Below, piece after piece: positions 16,783 through 32,424 of a stretch of 64,000 bases of DNA. This stretch comes from the human T2T-CHM13v2.0 reference genome, Homo sapiens. Each line of letters starts with the position of its first letter. The stretch's first letter is position 1. A program made the translations under genes and the position numbers. The stretch is taken from NCBI RefSeq assembly GCF_009914755.1, contig NC_060929.1. One strand, given 5' to 3'. The notes under the pieces are model-generated. The model worked only from the letters and a program-made list of their open reading frames with translations, did no database searches and was not told the DNA's origin.

Positions 16783-17439
16783 AGTTTCACCCTTCTTTTT
16801 ATGGACTGTTCTGCTCAAGGGGTCTCCATCTGCTTATTTGGTATGAAAGGCTTCGTGAGAACCAAGTTTGCCTTTGACTGTTTGGTGCCTGAACGGCCTG
16901 TGGGCTTGGTCTGCAGCATTCCTGCTTGCCCAATAGAACATCCTTCAGAAAGAATGTGTGTTTAGGGTTCACTCACTAGAAGTCAAGTGGGTCTTCAGGC
17001 TGAGCCTTGCAAGCAGGAGGTGGCTTTAGCCGTGCATGGGTTACCTTCCACTTCTGCAGCACATTGGTTAAAACTGAAACCAAAGAAAGCCATCCCTTCT
17101 TTGAGAACTGTGCTAGGAAAAGGCAGAGCAGTGAATTGCTGTCACCCTACATGGATCTTACAGACAAATAATAAAAAGCAAAATAATTACAGATTAGGAA
17201 AATCAGAGCATGCTGGATTGGAAAATAACAGGCCTTGTCACTGGCTCCAAAGGTCAGAGGATAAAGTTAGACAGTTCTGTAGTCAGAAAAACTGAGTTTG
17301 CTTTTAGCTTTAAATAAAATACATCTATAGTGATGCCTCTTCAACTGGAGTTTTCATCATTTTGCGCAGGAGTTCATGGCACTTTATTGGCAACAAGCAA
17401 TGTTTTTTTCTTGACCTTGGCAGAGGAGCTCTCAAGGCA

Positions 17440-17605
17440 GTGTGATCTGTTGGCCACGTGCATCTGAACTTCTAAAGAGAGTGGCTCAAATGCAGGTTCC
17501 AAGGCCCTACCCCAGTCAGAATCTCTGGAGGTGGAACCCAGACTCCACATTTGTAAAGAGAACCTCCAAGTGATTTTGATGGAATCTTCAGTTTGAGAAC
17601 CACTG
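17440..17605. mobile_element. MER5-like DNA transposon
   Basis: aaatgcaggttcc...cagaatctctggaggtgg...ctccaagtgatt...gtttgagaaccactg. Confidence 0.65.
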
Positions 17606-18055
17606 ATCAAGGGAATAGATTTGTGCCAAATTGCAAATCAATGTAGAGACCCAGCTAGAATCCCTTCAGCCTCCTCCACAACCTGGCCCACTTCTTGGTC
17701 CTCACATCAAAACAATCTCTTCCTTTCTTCAGTCTTTCATGGACTTTCAGTTCTCCAGTATGCTCAGGGGCTCCCTCTCCAAGAAGAAGTCTTCAATCTG
17801 CAAACCCCACCTGGTGCCCCTTTACCTGAAGAACATAGAAGAGTCCCACATCCACTGCCTCCACTGCCCCCATTCATGCCTCAGCACCTCCATCCCTCCT
17901 TCTCCCACCCCAGCCTCAGAGCGAGGTTCCAGAAGTGTCACCAGGGGCCACACAGTGGTATCCTCCTTGACCTCCTGTAGCACCTAGCAGTGCTCCCAAC
18001 TCCCTTCCTTTACAGGGTCATCCTCATCCAGAGGAGGTGGGGCATTTTGCACTCT

Positions 18056-18860
18056 TCTCCCTCTTTGCTCTTCCCTAGGGGTGTCCTGTGTCCCCAAGCC
18101 TTCAACCACATCCTTTGCCATGAAGCCTCCGGTGCCCATTTCTGGGTACCTACTGGACATTTCTGTGTCTAGACAAGCACCGCAAACAACAAATCGAAAA
18201 TTGAATCCAGTCCTGGTCTCAAACAACTTTGCCTCTGGCCTTTTTTGCCATTACCGTGAGACGGTATCTCTGTAATGATTACAACATAGGCATGGTTCCC
18301 ATGCTTAAGGTCCAAAGGGTGCATAGTGGAATGTAGATCTTCCTCACACCTGGTCCCTACCTACCCAGCCCCCTCTCCACAGGCAGCCCCTATTTCCAGA
18401 AACATCCATCTCCATTCCTTCTTCCTTCATCTAGCTGCCAAGTTCTGCCACCCTTTCTTTTGCAGGCTCTGACACCTCATTCCTTTTCTGTTTATTCCTA
18501 TAGAAGCTTAGTGGAAAATAGACCCCTCTCCCTCTGTCTTAGAAAATAGAGACCTCTCCCTCTGTCTTAGTAGAAAATAGACACCTCTCCCTCTAAGTAG
18601 AACATAGAGACCTCTCCCTCTGTCTTAGTAGAACATGGAGACCTCTCCCTCTTTGCTCTTCCCTAGGGGTGTCCTGTGTCCCCAAGCCCTCAACCACCTC
18701 CTCTGCCATGAAGCCACAGGTGTCTGTTTCTAGGTACCCACTGGACATCATTTCTGTGTCTAGACAAGCACGACAAACTACAACAAATCGAAAACTGAAT
18801 CCCATTCTGGTCTCAAACAACTTCGCCTCTTGCCTTTTCTGCCATTACCATGAGAGGGTA
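18056..18860 (+). repeat. Direct duplication of ~211/217 bp (18056-18266 and 18644-18860), L2-like
   Basis: Both copies start tctccctctttgctcttccctaggggtgtcctgtgtccccaagcc and end gccattacc.tgaga.ggta. Paralogous ORFs appear in the track (18081+/18669+ and 17984-/18593-). Confidence 0.93.
18507..18652 (+). repeat. Minisatellite, ~5 copies of a 27-31 bp unit (cttagtagaaaatagagacctctccctctgt)
   Basis: Five tandem imperfect units visible directly. Confidence 0.93.
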
Positions 18861-19089
18861 CCAGCTCAGTCTAACACAACCCAGCGCTGACCAGCCCTCC
18901 CCCTTCCCTGTCCCCTTGGGGTGCTGGGGGACACACTGCTGACCTTCTCGAAGCTGGTCTCACCCTTATCTTCTAAGCATCTCATATTTTGCCTCACTTT
19001 CCTCATCTGTAAGAATGAGAATGATAGTGTTTACTTCATCCTATTTTTAAGTGTCTTAAGAAGACCTTTCCCCTGTAATATTTTTGTAT

Positions 19090-19810
19090 CTCTTTAATTT
19101 TAATATTTCAAACATATAGGAAAATTTCAAAAATAGTACAAGAAATTTCCATATACCCTTTACCCAGATTTACCAGTTTTTTTGCGTTGACCATTTACCT
19201 TATATTCTCTTATTCTTTCTCTCTGAATATATTATATATAATTATTTATATAAACCATTTAAATTGTGTGTGTGTATATATATATATACACCCCATTTCT
19301 GTATCTCTGAGTATATATAATGTATCCAAAGATATAGAAATTGTACATATAATGTATATCATTTATAGATATATATAAAATATTTATGTACAAACAAACA
19401 CCATTTAAGAGTAAGTTGGAGGCCAGGCACAGAGTGGCTCATGCCTGTAAATTCAGCACTTTGGGAGGCCAAGGTGGGAGGATAGCTTGAGCCCAGGGGT
19501 TCAAGACCAGCCTGGGCAACATAGGGAGACCTCTGTCTGCACAAAAAATAAAAGAATTAGCCAGGCATAGTAGTGCATGCCTGTGGTTCCATCATCTTGT
19601 GGAATGCTGAGGTGGAAGGATCACTTGGACCCAGGGGGTCGAGGTTGCCGTGAGCCATGATTGTGCCACTGCACTCCAGCCTGGGTGACAGAGGGAGACC
19701 CTGTCTAAAAAAAAAGCATAACTTGGAGATACGTTTCTTTTTACTGCTAAATACATTGGTGTGAATTTCCTAAGAAATAAGGTTGTTCTCTTACATAACC
19801 ACACTAGTTC
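19090..19810 (-). mobile_element. Old L1 (L1MC-like) 3' fragment with a TA-rich tract, interrupted by an Alu
   Basis: tttcaaacatatagg...aaatagtacaagaaatttccatataccctttacccagatt...; ttcctaagaaataagg...ttctcttacataaccac. Confidence 0.65.
19421..19715 (+). mobile_element. AluJ
   Basis: J-type dimer; TSD agtaagttgga / cataacttgga. Confidence 0.93.
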
Positions 19811-20460
19811 ATGCAGTTTTTATGAGGATTAAACTGAATAAATAAAGTAAAGCACTTTGCAGAGTGCCCATCACCCTTGCAGGTGCCAATAATTGGTAGC
19901 CATGGTTGCTGAGTTCTCTTCATTGGTCCTTGGCTTCTAGCCTACCTGGGTTGGTGTCAGTTCCCAAGCATGCCCTACACTTTGCCATTCTTCCTGCTGG
20001 ACTGCAGCTCACCAGCCCCACCTGTATGCATTGACTCCTCCCCTCCCCTCCCAGGCAGCACCTAGTGCCTCCTGCTCCATGAGACATCTGTCATCTGCCT
20101 CCCTCCCTACTTCCAGCAGGAAGGGGTCTGCTTCAAGTCAGGCCCTTTCTGGTCGAAGGCTACAGAGGCCCATACAAGATGGCTCTGGAAAAAAGCTCAC
20201 AGGAATCTCAGGCAAGGAATAGCGGCCCCTGCTGCTGGGCAGGTGCGGGCTGCAACAGGGAGGTGTGAGGAACCGAGGCAGCAGCATCTCCCCACACCTC
20301 CCTCTATACCTACCCACCTATGTCATGGTTTCCTCTGCCTCCTAAAACCCTCATTTATGAGTCAGTTCTGCCTCTTACTAGCGTGTGACCCTCGGCAAGC
20401 TGCTTAATCACTTTGAGCCTGTTCCCTTGCTTTGTAAAAATAAGGCTAAGGGTAATAATA

Positions 20461-21100
<640 letters not shown>

Positions 21101-21109
21101 AGGAACAAT

Positions 21110-21350
21110 AACCAAGATTTTATTGAGTGCAAAGCACAGTTCTAACTGTTTTATATTTATTAGCTCAACTAACCATCATACCAACCTTCTGAGAAAGGTA
21201 CTAATATTGTCGTTATTTAGAGATGAAGACGTGGCGGCACAGGGGGATTGAGTAATTTGCCCAAGGTCGCACAGCTAGAAAGTGGCAAAGCCAGGATTCA
21301 AGCTCAAGTTGTCTGGCTCCAGAGCTTGTGGTCTTAAACTGCCATCTACT
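21110..21350 (-). mobile_element. MIR
   Basis: tttagagatgaagacgtggcggcacagggggattgagtaatttgcccaaggtcgcacagctag...ggattcaagctcaag. Confidence 0.8.
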
Positions 21351-21687
21351 TTGAAGGGTTGTTGTGAGAATTAAGCATGGATTATCTTATTTAAGGCATT
21401 TAGCAGAGAAGCAAGGCTCATCATAAATGCTTTAAAATGTTAATGGTTATTACAGTATCACAGCATTAGTTTGCAGGTGACCGCAGTGGACTTCATGGCC
21501 CCAGCCTATGCCTCCTAACCCTTCAGCTCAGCTGCTGCAAATCATGAGAGATGCTGAGTTGAAAATATCACAGAGCCAGCCTTGAGCTGGACTATCACTT
21601 GGTACAGGAGACGTCAGGGGTCATGTGGTGCCAACCGCAGCAGCTGCCCACTCAGGGTAGGTCATGGGTGACTGGTATCCTAAGTAC

Positions 21688-21979
21688 TTTTTTTTTTTTT
21701 TTTTTTTTTTAGAGTCTAGCTCTGTTGCCCAGGCTGGATTGCAATGGCATGATCTCTGCAACCTCCATCTCCCAGACTCAAGTAATTCTCCTGTCTCAGC
21801 CTCTCGAGTAGCTGGGACTACAGGCGTGTGCCACCACACCTGGCTAATTTTGTATTTTTAGTGGAGACAGGGTTTCGTCATGTTTGCCAGGCTGGTCTCG
21901 AAGTCCTGACCTCAAGTGATTCACCCGCCTCGGCCTCACAAAGTGCAAGGATTACAGGCATGAGCCACTGTGCCCAGCC
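21688..21979 (-). mobile_element. AluS
   Basis: Poly-T plus reverse dimer. Confidence 0.94.
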
Positions 21980-22104
21980 TAAGGACATTCTTTCTCAGAA
22001 CTTTGAAAGTAAATTGCTCTGAATGCTCATGGCAGTTCACAGGGCCTGGTGGTTTCTGCCTCAAACCCCTGTGGCAAACTCCTGTTTGTCTGTGTGATTC
22101 CTAC

Positions 22105-22580
<476 letters not shown>

Positions 22581-22968
22581 TATTCAATACTACTTCTGTT
22601 GTTTTTCTTTTTTTCTTTTGTGGCTGCCTGTGCCTCTTTCTAGTTCAGATTTAGGGCACACTACATACTTGTGGTATCAATAAACAGTGGACTTTTACAA
22701 CCAGCTATAAATACTATCTAGAGAAAGGAGCTTCGCAGCTTATTCCCAGAGCCCCATGTGAAATAAGAGATTGAAGCCGGGTGGGGCGATGGAGCTCAAT
22801 TGATAGGGGTTCACACCTGCAGAGAAAATGCAAGGTCCTGAGGTCTCAGTGCATCTACCAAGAAGGTCAGGTGCCAAAGGTCAGAGCAGTCTCAGGCTAT
22901 GCAGGAGGTCACCAGGGCTACAGAACACGGGACAGCGGATGAGGGCCAGCCAGAGGTGGGAGCACTCA

Positions 22969-23445
<477 letters not shown>

Positions 23446-24064
23446 GGAAAGAAATATTGCTGTGAGGGGACTAGCACAATGATGCCTTGGGCCAAGGCTT
23501 TGGTTGGGTGAGCTGGGACCCCTAAACATAAACCCTGGCCCCAGCCAGGGGGAACCTGAGCCTGGAGCAGTCCTGGGAAGCCAGAGGTGGGCTCCAGGTG
23601 TGGGACTGGGTACAGGTGGGGACAAGGAGCCATTCACGGGCTGCAGAGAGAGTCTGAGAGGCTCGTGAAGCAACTAACCTTTCCTGGCATGAGGGTGGCA
23701 GGAGGTGTGGCCAGATTCCAGAGGGCTTTCCCATCAGGGATTAGGACACTGCCCTCGCCAGGCCCTGGCTCACCTGTGCACAGCATTTTATCGGAAGCAC
23801 GGACCTTGCCCCAACACATTCCTGAGATAACACTCCCCCGCCCGTCTCAGAAGACACTCAGTCCGTTGGTGTGAGGGAGGCTGCTGACACCCCCCAGATT
23901 CATTTCCAGTTTGTTTGACGTTGGCATGTATGTCTGTGTAACATGACTGAAGAACGAGTCATTAGTGAGCTGTCCAAAGTCCCTTTGGGAACATTCCAGG
24001 AAAATAAACCAATATTCCATCAAAGCCACAAATAACTTTTTTTTTTTTTTCCATTCCTTCAAAG

Positions 24065-24250
24065 CAGGCTTTCTCAGAGTGTGGTCCACAGACTTCCTGC
24101 TTTAGACTCCCCAGAGGAGCTTGTAAAATGCAGATTCCTGGGCCGCCACCCTAAGCCTACTGAATCAGAATCCCAGTGGGGCTTCTGGGAACTGCATTTT
24201 TATATGCTACCCAGATGATTCTAATACACCTTAATCTCGAAAACCTCTCA
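24065..24250. mobile_element. MER5A-like DNA transposon
   Basis: ttctcagagtgtggtcc...gagcttgtaaaatgcagattcctggg...cctactgaatcagaat...ctgcattttt. Confidence 0.75.
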
Positions 24251-26760
24251 CTCTCTTTGCCCCTTTGCTTGATCGTTCCTTTGTGTCAACACCGTGTGCC
24301 CGCTGCGCTCTGATACTACCTCCCTGTGCTGCCCCACCTGGTGAACTTCAGCTGAAGGGCCACCTCTCCCTGGGAGCCTTCCTTGCCATCTTTGTCCCAT
24401 CTTGTGTAGGGGCCCACTGTGTTTTCTCCTAATATGAATCTACCACAAAGTAGTAGTTTCTTTCTGCCTGACTGCTCCCCTGAATGGGGAAGCATCCTGC
24501 CCAGTCTCTCCAGGCCCAGCAGAAAGTTTTGCCTATAATTGGTACTAAGAAAGGAATCAGTGCAAGTGAAGGGTGCTGAGCGGCAACGGAAGGGCTACAG
24601 AGTAGGGGTGACGAATGGTCGCTTCCCGTTAAGAAGCTGTCACCTTCTGACTCCTCTCCTGGTGAGTCTGAACTCCTAGGTCAAGTCTGGGGCCAGAGGG
24701 CGAGCATCAGACCCAAGAAGAGGCCAAGGCTCTGGCTGGCAGGAGGCACAGCCCACCTGTTTGGGACTGCGGTGTCCCTGGTGTAAGCTCAGATCCCTGT
24801 CTGTATTTCAGGGAGACTCCATAGCTTGACATTCTTCCTGCTACAGAAAAACAGATGAAAGAACAGTTTTCCAGTCCCAGGGCTGACCCCAAACCCAGGA
24901 CAGCTAGAATGCTCAGGCCTCCCCCCTCTTTTCAGGCAGGAGAAGCTGAAGAATAGAACTATTGGACCATGAAACTCCCAAGAGTCCTTCCCCCTCAGCG
25001 TTTCTCAGAATTTGCGACCACGATTTTCTCTGTGAGGCTCGCAATTGCTATTTGCCAAACTGGTAACTGTTGACCCAACAGAAATCAAACAAAGATACCA
25101 GCAGCCCCAGACAGGCTGTCTTCATCGCATCAGTGAAGGGAGAGCAGGTGCCTGGGATCGAAAGGACATTGTCCATCACCTGGCTCTGAAAAACAAAATG
25201 CATTTCCTTATTCTTAACAAGCTGAGCACCAGAAACCTGCTTTACCAGTCCAGGGTGCCTCCTGGAAGCTGGCTCGCTTATCTGCATGTATGTGAGGGCT
25301 GGGGGTGTTTTTGTGGGGCTGGCTCCGGGCAGGGTGGCTTTGGAAAGGAGAGGCCTGACCTAGCGAGACTCTAGGGTCAGCCCAGACTGCTGTGACCTCA
25401 GGGGACTCAGCCCAGGAGGTCCAGGTGAGGGCAGCCTGCCCTCTACGTCTGCAGTAGGTGAAGAACCCCTTGGTTACTTGAAGAGAAAGAAAGGACTGGC
25501 TGGGTTGTAGGCAGCAGGGCCGAGCAGCTGAGGGCTAAGTGCACAGCAGGCCCTAGCAAATGCTTCTGGAATTGAATTGGTCCAAGGGGAGACTCCAGCT
25601 TTAGTTCAACATGGGCTGTATCCGAATCCTTCTGAAATTTGCTGGGATTCCATGAGGGAGTCAGGTATTACAAGGTTTTGGCAATTACTGAGTTTCTTTT
25701 GTGCTTTTTTCTTTATGAGAATGTTGTTTCTGAACCCATTCCCTTTCTCTTCCCTTCTCACCAAATTACACTTGATTTGCCTCCAGGAAGAAAATAGTAC
25801 ATTGTTATCATTTGGTCAAGATTTCATATTCAAAAAAGAGTAAAGTGACAATATAGTTCAAAAATCTTGTTAGATGCTGTGGAAACCTCACCCGGCAGTA
25901 GTGATAGCTGCCACGTACTGAGGGATTTTATAGACATTTACATTTTCACTTGTCCTCACCTTCCAGATGAGGCAGCTGTGGCCCAGAGAGGTTAGGGAAC
26001 TTACCGAGGTCACACAGCAAGTTGGCAAGAGGGTTGGGGTTTCAGTCTGGGCTCTCTGACTCCGCAGCCAAGTGCCTGCCAGTGCTGCATTGTCTCAAGG
26101 TATTTGGCGTGTTGATGTGACATCACTCACCCTCCTTGAGTTCTCTGACATTTCTCAGAGCGTTTGTCTGTGTGTCCTGATTTGAGAATTAGTTAAGCTC
26201 TCGCACTCTCCGGGGTGCAGTGCCTGGAATTCAGGCACTGGAGGAAGTCCTGCCTCCTTCCTGGAGCTCGCAGCCAGATCCCACAGATCCTGCTCTGTTG
26301 GACAGTGAGGATGGGAGGTGTGGCCCAGGGGTTGGCAGGATGGTAGTGGGGTGCAGAGTAGACAGGGCTGCGATGACTCTCCAGGCCCATGCTTCTTGTC
26401 AGTTCCCAGGCACTGAACCCAGGACTTCCCCCACCAAGGCATCCTGTCCTATTTCCCCCATTGCCTCCTGCCCTCTTAGGATATACAGCTATTGAGAAAT
26501 GTGAACACAGAGGCCTTTTCAGAGAGAAAGAAGTCCTGCTCCTCAGTATTCCCAGGATCCTAGCTTACTGGAGAGATTAAAAGGCTGGATTATGTGGGAA
26601 GGAGAGGCAAGTGGACTGGGACAGTTTAGATCTAATTGCCTAATGACTCCTAGAATATGTCCTTCCAGATGTCCTCATTTTCATTCAGAGTCACTGCCTG
26701 CCTTTGTGAGAGGTCATACAGTGTTGAATGATGCGTTATCAGTGTAATGCAATAGCCCAG

Positions 26761-26768
26761 TGACGTCA
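26761..26768. promoter_or_regulatory. Full palindromic CRE (TGACGTCA)
   Basis: Exact CREB/ATF consensus in non-repeat sequence with CpG retained; GGAATG at 26806. Confidence 0.45.
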
Positions 26769-27413
26769 TGAAAATCCTGGCTTTCTGAGAACACGTTCAC
26801 AGATAGGAATGCAGTGCTGGAGAGACCCGAGGGTCTTGGTATACTGCACAATTCAGCTTCTATTGTGTAACTCCTGGGTTTATTGGCCCTTTGTTGCTGC
26901 TCTCTTTGATAAAGTATGATTTTTTTTTTTTAACTTTCTGATTAGAAATCAGTAGTTTAAGCCTGCTAATCACCTCTTTGGCTTGGCCTGCAGATCATGG
27001 AAAGTCCACAACACTTAATCTGTTTGCAAATGTTCTCTTGGTTCCAGAAGTTCAGAAATGTTACCAGCTCCCAATTTTTTATAAGATTGTATAATTTTTA
27101 CCTTAATTACAATAATAAAGGTTCTGAGATCTATTACACAGATACCTTTTCTTAGTTTACTTTTTAAAAATTTATTTTTAATTGTGGCAAAATATATGTA
27201 ATATAAAATTTACCATTTTAACCATTTCCGATGTACAGCTCTGTGGTGTTAACTACATTCATATTGTGCAACCATCACCACCATCCATCTTTAGAACGCT
27301 CTTCATCTTGCAAAACTGAAACTCTGAAAACTTCTACTTTCTGTCTCTATGAATTTGACTTCTCTGACTGCCTCATATAAGTGAAATCTTAGAGTATTTG
27401 TCATTTTTTGTGA

Positions 27414-27762
<349 letters not shown>

Positions 27763-27765
27763 CTA

Positions 27766-28359
<594 letters not shown>

Positions 28360-28377
28360 TCACATGGTAATTTATCT

Positions 28378-28661
28378 ATTTTTTTGAGACAAGGTCTCTT
28401 TCTCAGGCTGGAGTGCAGTGGTACGATCTTAGCTTACTGCAGCCGCTACTTCCTGGCTCAAGTGATCCTCCAGCCTCAGCCTCCTGAGTAGTTGGGACCA
28501 CAGGCGTGAGCCACTGCACCCAGCTCATTTTTGTACTTTTAGTAGAGACAAGGTTTTGCCACATTGCTCAGGCTGGTCTTGAACTCCTGAGTTCAAAGCA
28601 GTCCGCCCACCTTGGCCTCCCATAGTGTTGGGATTACTGGCATGAGCCACTGTGCCTGGCC
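28378..28661 (-). mobile_element. AluJ
   Basis: Reverse J-type dimer; TSD tggtaatt. Confidence 0.92.
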
Positions 28662-28868
28662 TGGTAATTCTATTTCTAATTTTTCGAGAAACTGCCATCT
28701 GTTTTCCACTATTTTACATTCCCACTAGCAGTGCAGAAGGGTTCCAATTTCTCCACGTCATCATCAACACTTATTATTGTTTTATTTTTATTTTTTTAAT
28801 AGTAGCCAACCTAATGGGTATGAAGTGGTATTTCATTGTGGTTTTGGTTTGCATTTCCCTAGTGATGA

Positions 28869-29194
<326 letters not shown>

Positions 29195-29239
29195 CATATG
29201 CTTTTTAAAAAGCCAACTCCTCATGCCACTTCAAAGCTA

Positions 29240-29500
29240 GAAAGGCAGTAGAGTGTAACATTCAAGGAACTGATCTTAGAAGCCAAACTCCCAGGTTTTA
29301 ATCCTGTCTGCTCTCCTTACTAACTTGGTGACTTTGAGTCAGTTACAAGACCTCTCTGTGCTTCAGTTTCCCGTCTGTGAAATGGGATAAGTGACCTAAT
29401 CTCATCAGGTTACCAGGATAACTCAGTGAATTAATAGAGATAAGTCCCATAACATGTGTAAGACTCTGTGTGTTTGGTAGGTGCTGGGCATCAGTGCTGT
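29240..29500 (+). mobile_element. MIR
   Basis: gtgactttgagtcagttacaagacctctctgtgcttcagtttcccgtctgtgaaatgggataa. Confidence 0.78.
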
Positions 29501-30392
29501 CAGTGAACAGAGCAGAATCTGCTGCCTTCATCCTCCCGGGATGGCTTTCTTCTCTGCTGAGGCTTTTTCAAGTAGAGCAAAGGCCTTGGGAGGCTGAAAT
29601 GAGATGGTGGCTGGAACTGGTGGGTTTTCACACCCCAAAGGTGGGTGTGTCAAGGGGCAGAAGAACAGGGGCAGTTTCTGTCCGATGTCCCTCCTGGAAC
29701 TTGGCATGTCTGGTTTCAAGAATGAGTGAGTGCAGAACTGGCAACCAGAAGACAGGAACAAGGCCTGGGAATGGAGCGGAAAGGTAGCTGCTATATATAG
29801 TTCCTTCAGCCAGTAACGATTAGAGCCAATAGCCATCTGGATGATGAATGGCTCCTAATTGCCTTAAATTACGGCAGTTAGCTAAGGGTTTCTGTTGCTA
29901 CATGGGTTACCGTAGGCCGCTGCACCCTGCATAACTGTCCTCAGGCCTGCGTCCCCTGAGTCTCAGCACTTGGGCCTCCATACAGTGCCGTATTTGGTAG
30001 GACATCCCCCTCATCCCAGAGATACCTGGGCTTTTGTGCCACCGGGATTAATTCCATGAGCATCAGAAGGACCCTAAGTTATAGCTTCCCCTTTTCTTCC
30101 CAGAGCGGATTTCCAACTTGGTCTGGGAAGAACCAGGTTCTTTTTCTAGAGGAGATGCCATGGGAGAAAGTAATCTCCATCTCTGATCCTTCTTTAAAGC
30201 CTAACCCAATTTCCTTAGCGAGGCAGGAAGATCAGGTGTACTGAGGGAGAGAAGAACTTCTGCCTTTTTCTGCCTTCATCTGGTTAACCTCCTTCTCAGG
30301 GCCCAGCTTAAAAGTTAGTTCCTCAAGAAATCATTCTCCAACTCCCTGAAGGGGGACAGGTTCAGTATTTGCCTTCTCTCATAGGGCAATAT

Positions 30393-30695
<303 letters not shown>

Positions 30696-30837
30696 CGGTG
30701 ATATCCTTTTCTTTTGAATCAATTGTTCTGTTGTAATTAGTTAATACCTCGTGTTATTTCTGCATAATGTCAGCTCAGGAGGTTTTTCTTTTCTCTTTTA
30801 AGCCTCTTCTGTTCTAGGAAGCCTAGAACTTTTCTAG

Positions 30838-31130
30838 AGCAGCAGTTCTTGAAGTGTGATCCCTGGAAATATTTGAGATCCTCTCAGGAGATCTGCGAGG
30901 TCAAAGCTTCATAATAATACTAAGAAATTACTTGCCTTTTTAACTTTCAACCTCTTACAAGAATACAGTGGAGTTTTCTGTAGGCAACATGACATGTGAT
31001 TTTGTAACAGATTGATGCAAATGCAGCTCTTAGGAGTCACTGTCTGCTATTAAACCATACATTACATTGAGGAGACTTGCAAAAATGTAAAATATACCAC
31101 TCTTCTCACCAATTTTGAAGGGAGATTGGA
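30838..31130. mobile_element. hAT-Charlie DNA transposon fragment
   Basis: cagttcttgaagtgtgatccctgg...gaggtcaaag...cataataatactaag...gcaaaaatgtaaaatataccactcttctc. Confidence 0.6.
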
Positions 31131-31169
31131 AAATACAAAAAAAAAAAAAAGTTTAAGAACTGCTATCCT

Positions 31170-31370
31170 AGAGAAGGGTTGGAAACCCTTCTGGGACTAG
31201 GCAGGCTTTGTGGACCATACCATCTCTGTCTTAACTACTCTGTGGAAGGAAAGCAGCCATAGATAATATATCGACAAACAGGTGTGGCTGTGTCTCAGTA
31301 GAAACCTTATTTGCAGAAACAGGCAATGGATAGATTTGACCTGTGGGTCATGGTTCTCTATCCTTGCTCT
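31170..31370. mobile_element. MER58A-like DNA transposon
   Basis: ggctttgtggaccat...aagcagccatagataatat...gtggctgtgtctcagtagaaaccttatttgcagaaacaggc. Confidence 0.72.
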
Positions 31371-32123
31371 AGACTAAAAGCTTTAAGAGGGCAGGAGCCA
31401 CATTTATCTTGTAAACTGCTTTATCCTCAGCACCTAGCACAAGGCCTGCTACTTAGTAAATACTTGTTAATTTTAATAGAAATAGTGTTTAGCTGCTGGT
31501 AGTAGAGATCAATAATAACAGTGGCTTCAAGATAGATGTTATCTCTTTGTTACATAAGAGAAAAAGAATCAAGAGACAGGTCGGTCTGGACCAGGGTGGT
31601 TTGGTGCCACATTGTCATCAGGGACCCAGATTCTGTATGCTTTTCTACCCCACCATTTTTTGCATGTGGTTTCCATCCTTAAAATCACTTCATAGCCTAA
31701 CAATGCTTCAAAACAATTCTCAAGAAGATTAAGCTGATCGGCCAATAAATTAGGCATCAAAACAAAACTCAACATTCTTGAAAGAAAGAAAACAAAGTTC
31801 AGATGGTCAACAACTTCATATTGACAGTGTCCAGCCAACAGTAGAAAAGGTACTCAGTTTATGAAGAAAGTCAGTCAATAGAAACAGACCTAGAGATGAC
31901 TTTAAAAAATTTCTTCGTTTCTTTAAAAGATAATTGACTGTTTAGATATGTTTAAAGATTTAAAATAAGTCAGTAGAGAAATGGAACTAAAGGAAAATTC
32001 TAGATGAAAATTACAACATCTGATGAAAAATTTGCTAGATGAGTTTAATAGTAGATCAGATGCTGTAAAAAAAAATAAAGACTAGTGAACATGCAGTCAG
32101 GGCAATAGAAAGTATTCAAGTGA

Positions 32124-32424
32124 GGCTGGGTACAGTGGCTCACACCTGTAACCCCAACACTTTGGAAGACTGAGGTTGGAGGATCCCTTGAACTCAGGAG
32201 TTCAAGACCAGCCTGGGCAACATGGTGAGACCTCATCTCCACTAAAATAAAAAAGAAATTAGCCAGGCGTGGGGTATGTGCCCATAGTCCCAGTTATTTG
32301 GGAAGCTGAGGCAGGAGGATCACTTGAGCCCAGGAGGTAGAGGCTGTCGTGAGCTATGATTATGCCACTGTATTCCAGCCTGGGCAACAGAACGAGTGAG
32401 ACCCTGTCTAAAATAAAATAAAAA
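32124..32424 (+). mobile_element. AluJ
   Basis: J-type dimer; TSD aagtattcaag / aagtacccaag. Confidence 0.93.

Noticed and set aside
18507-18652. Regularly spaced ~30-bp repeats superficially like a CRISPR array
   Set aside because: Head-to-tail tandem units with no unique spacers, in primate DNA; it is a minisatellite.
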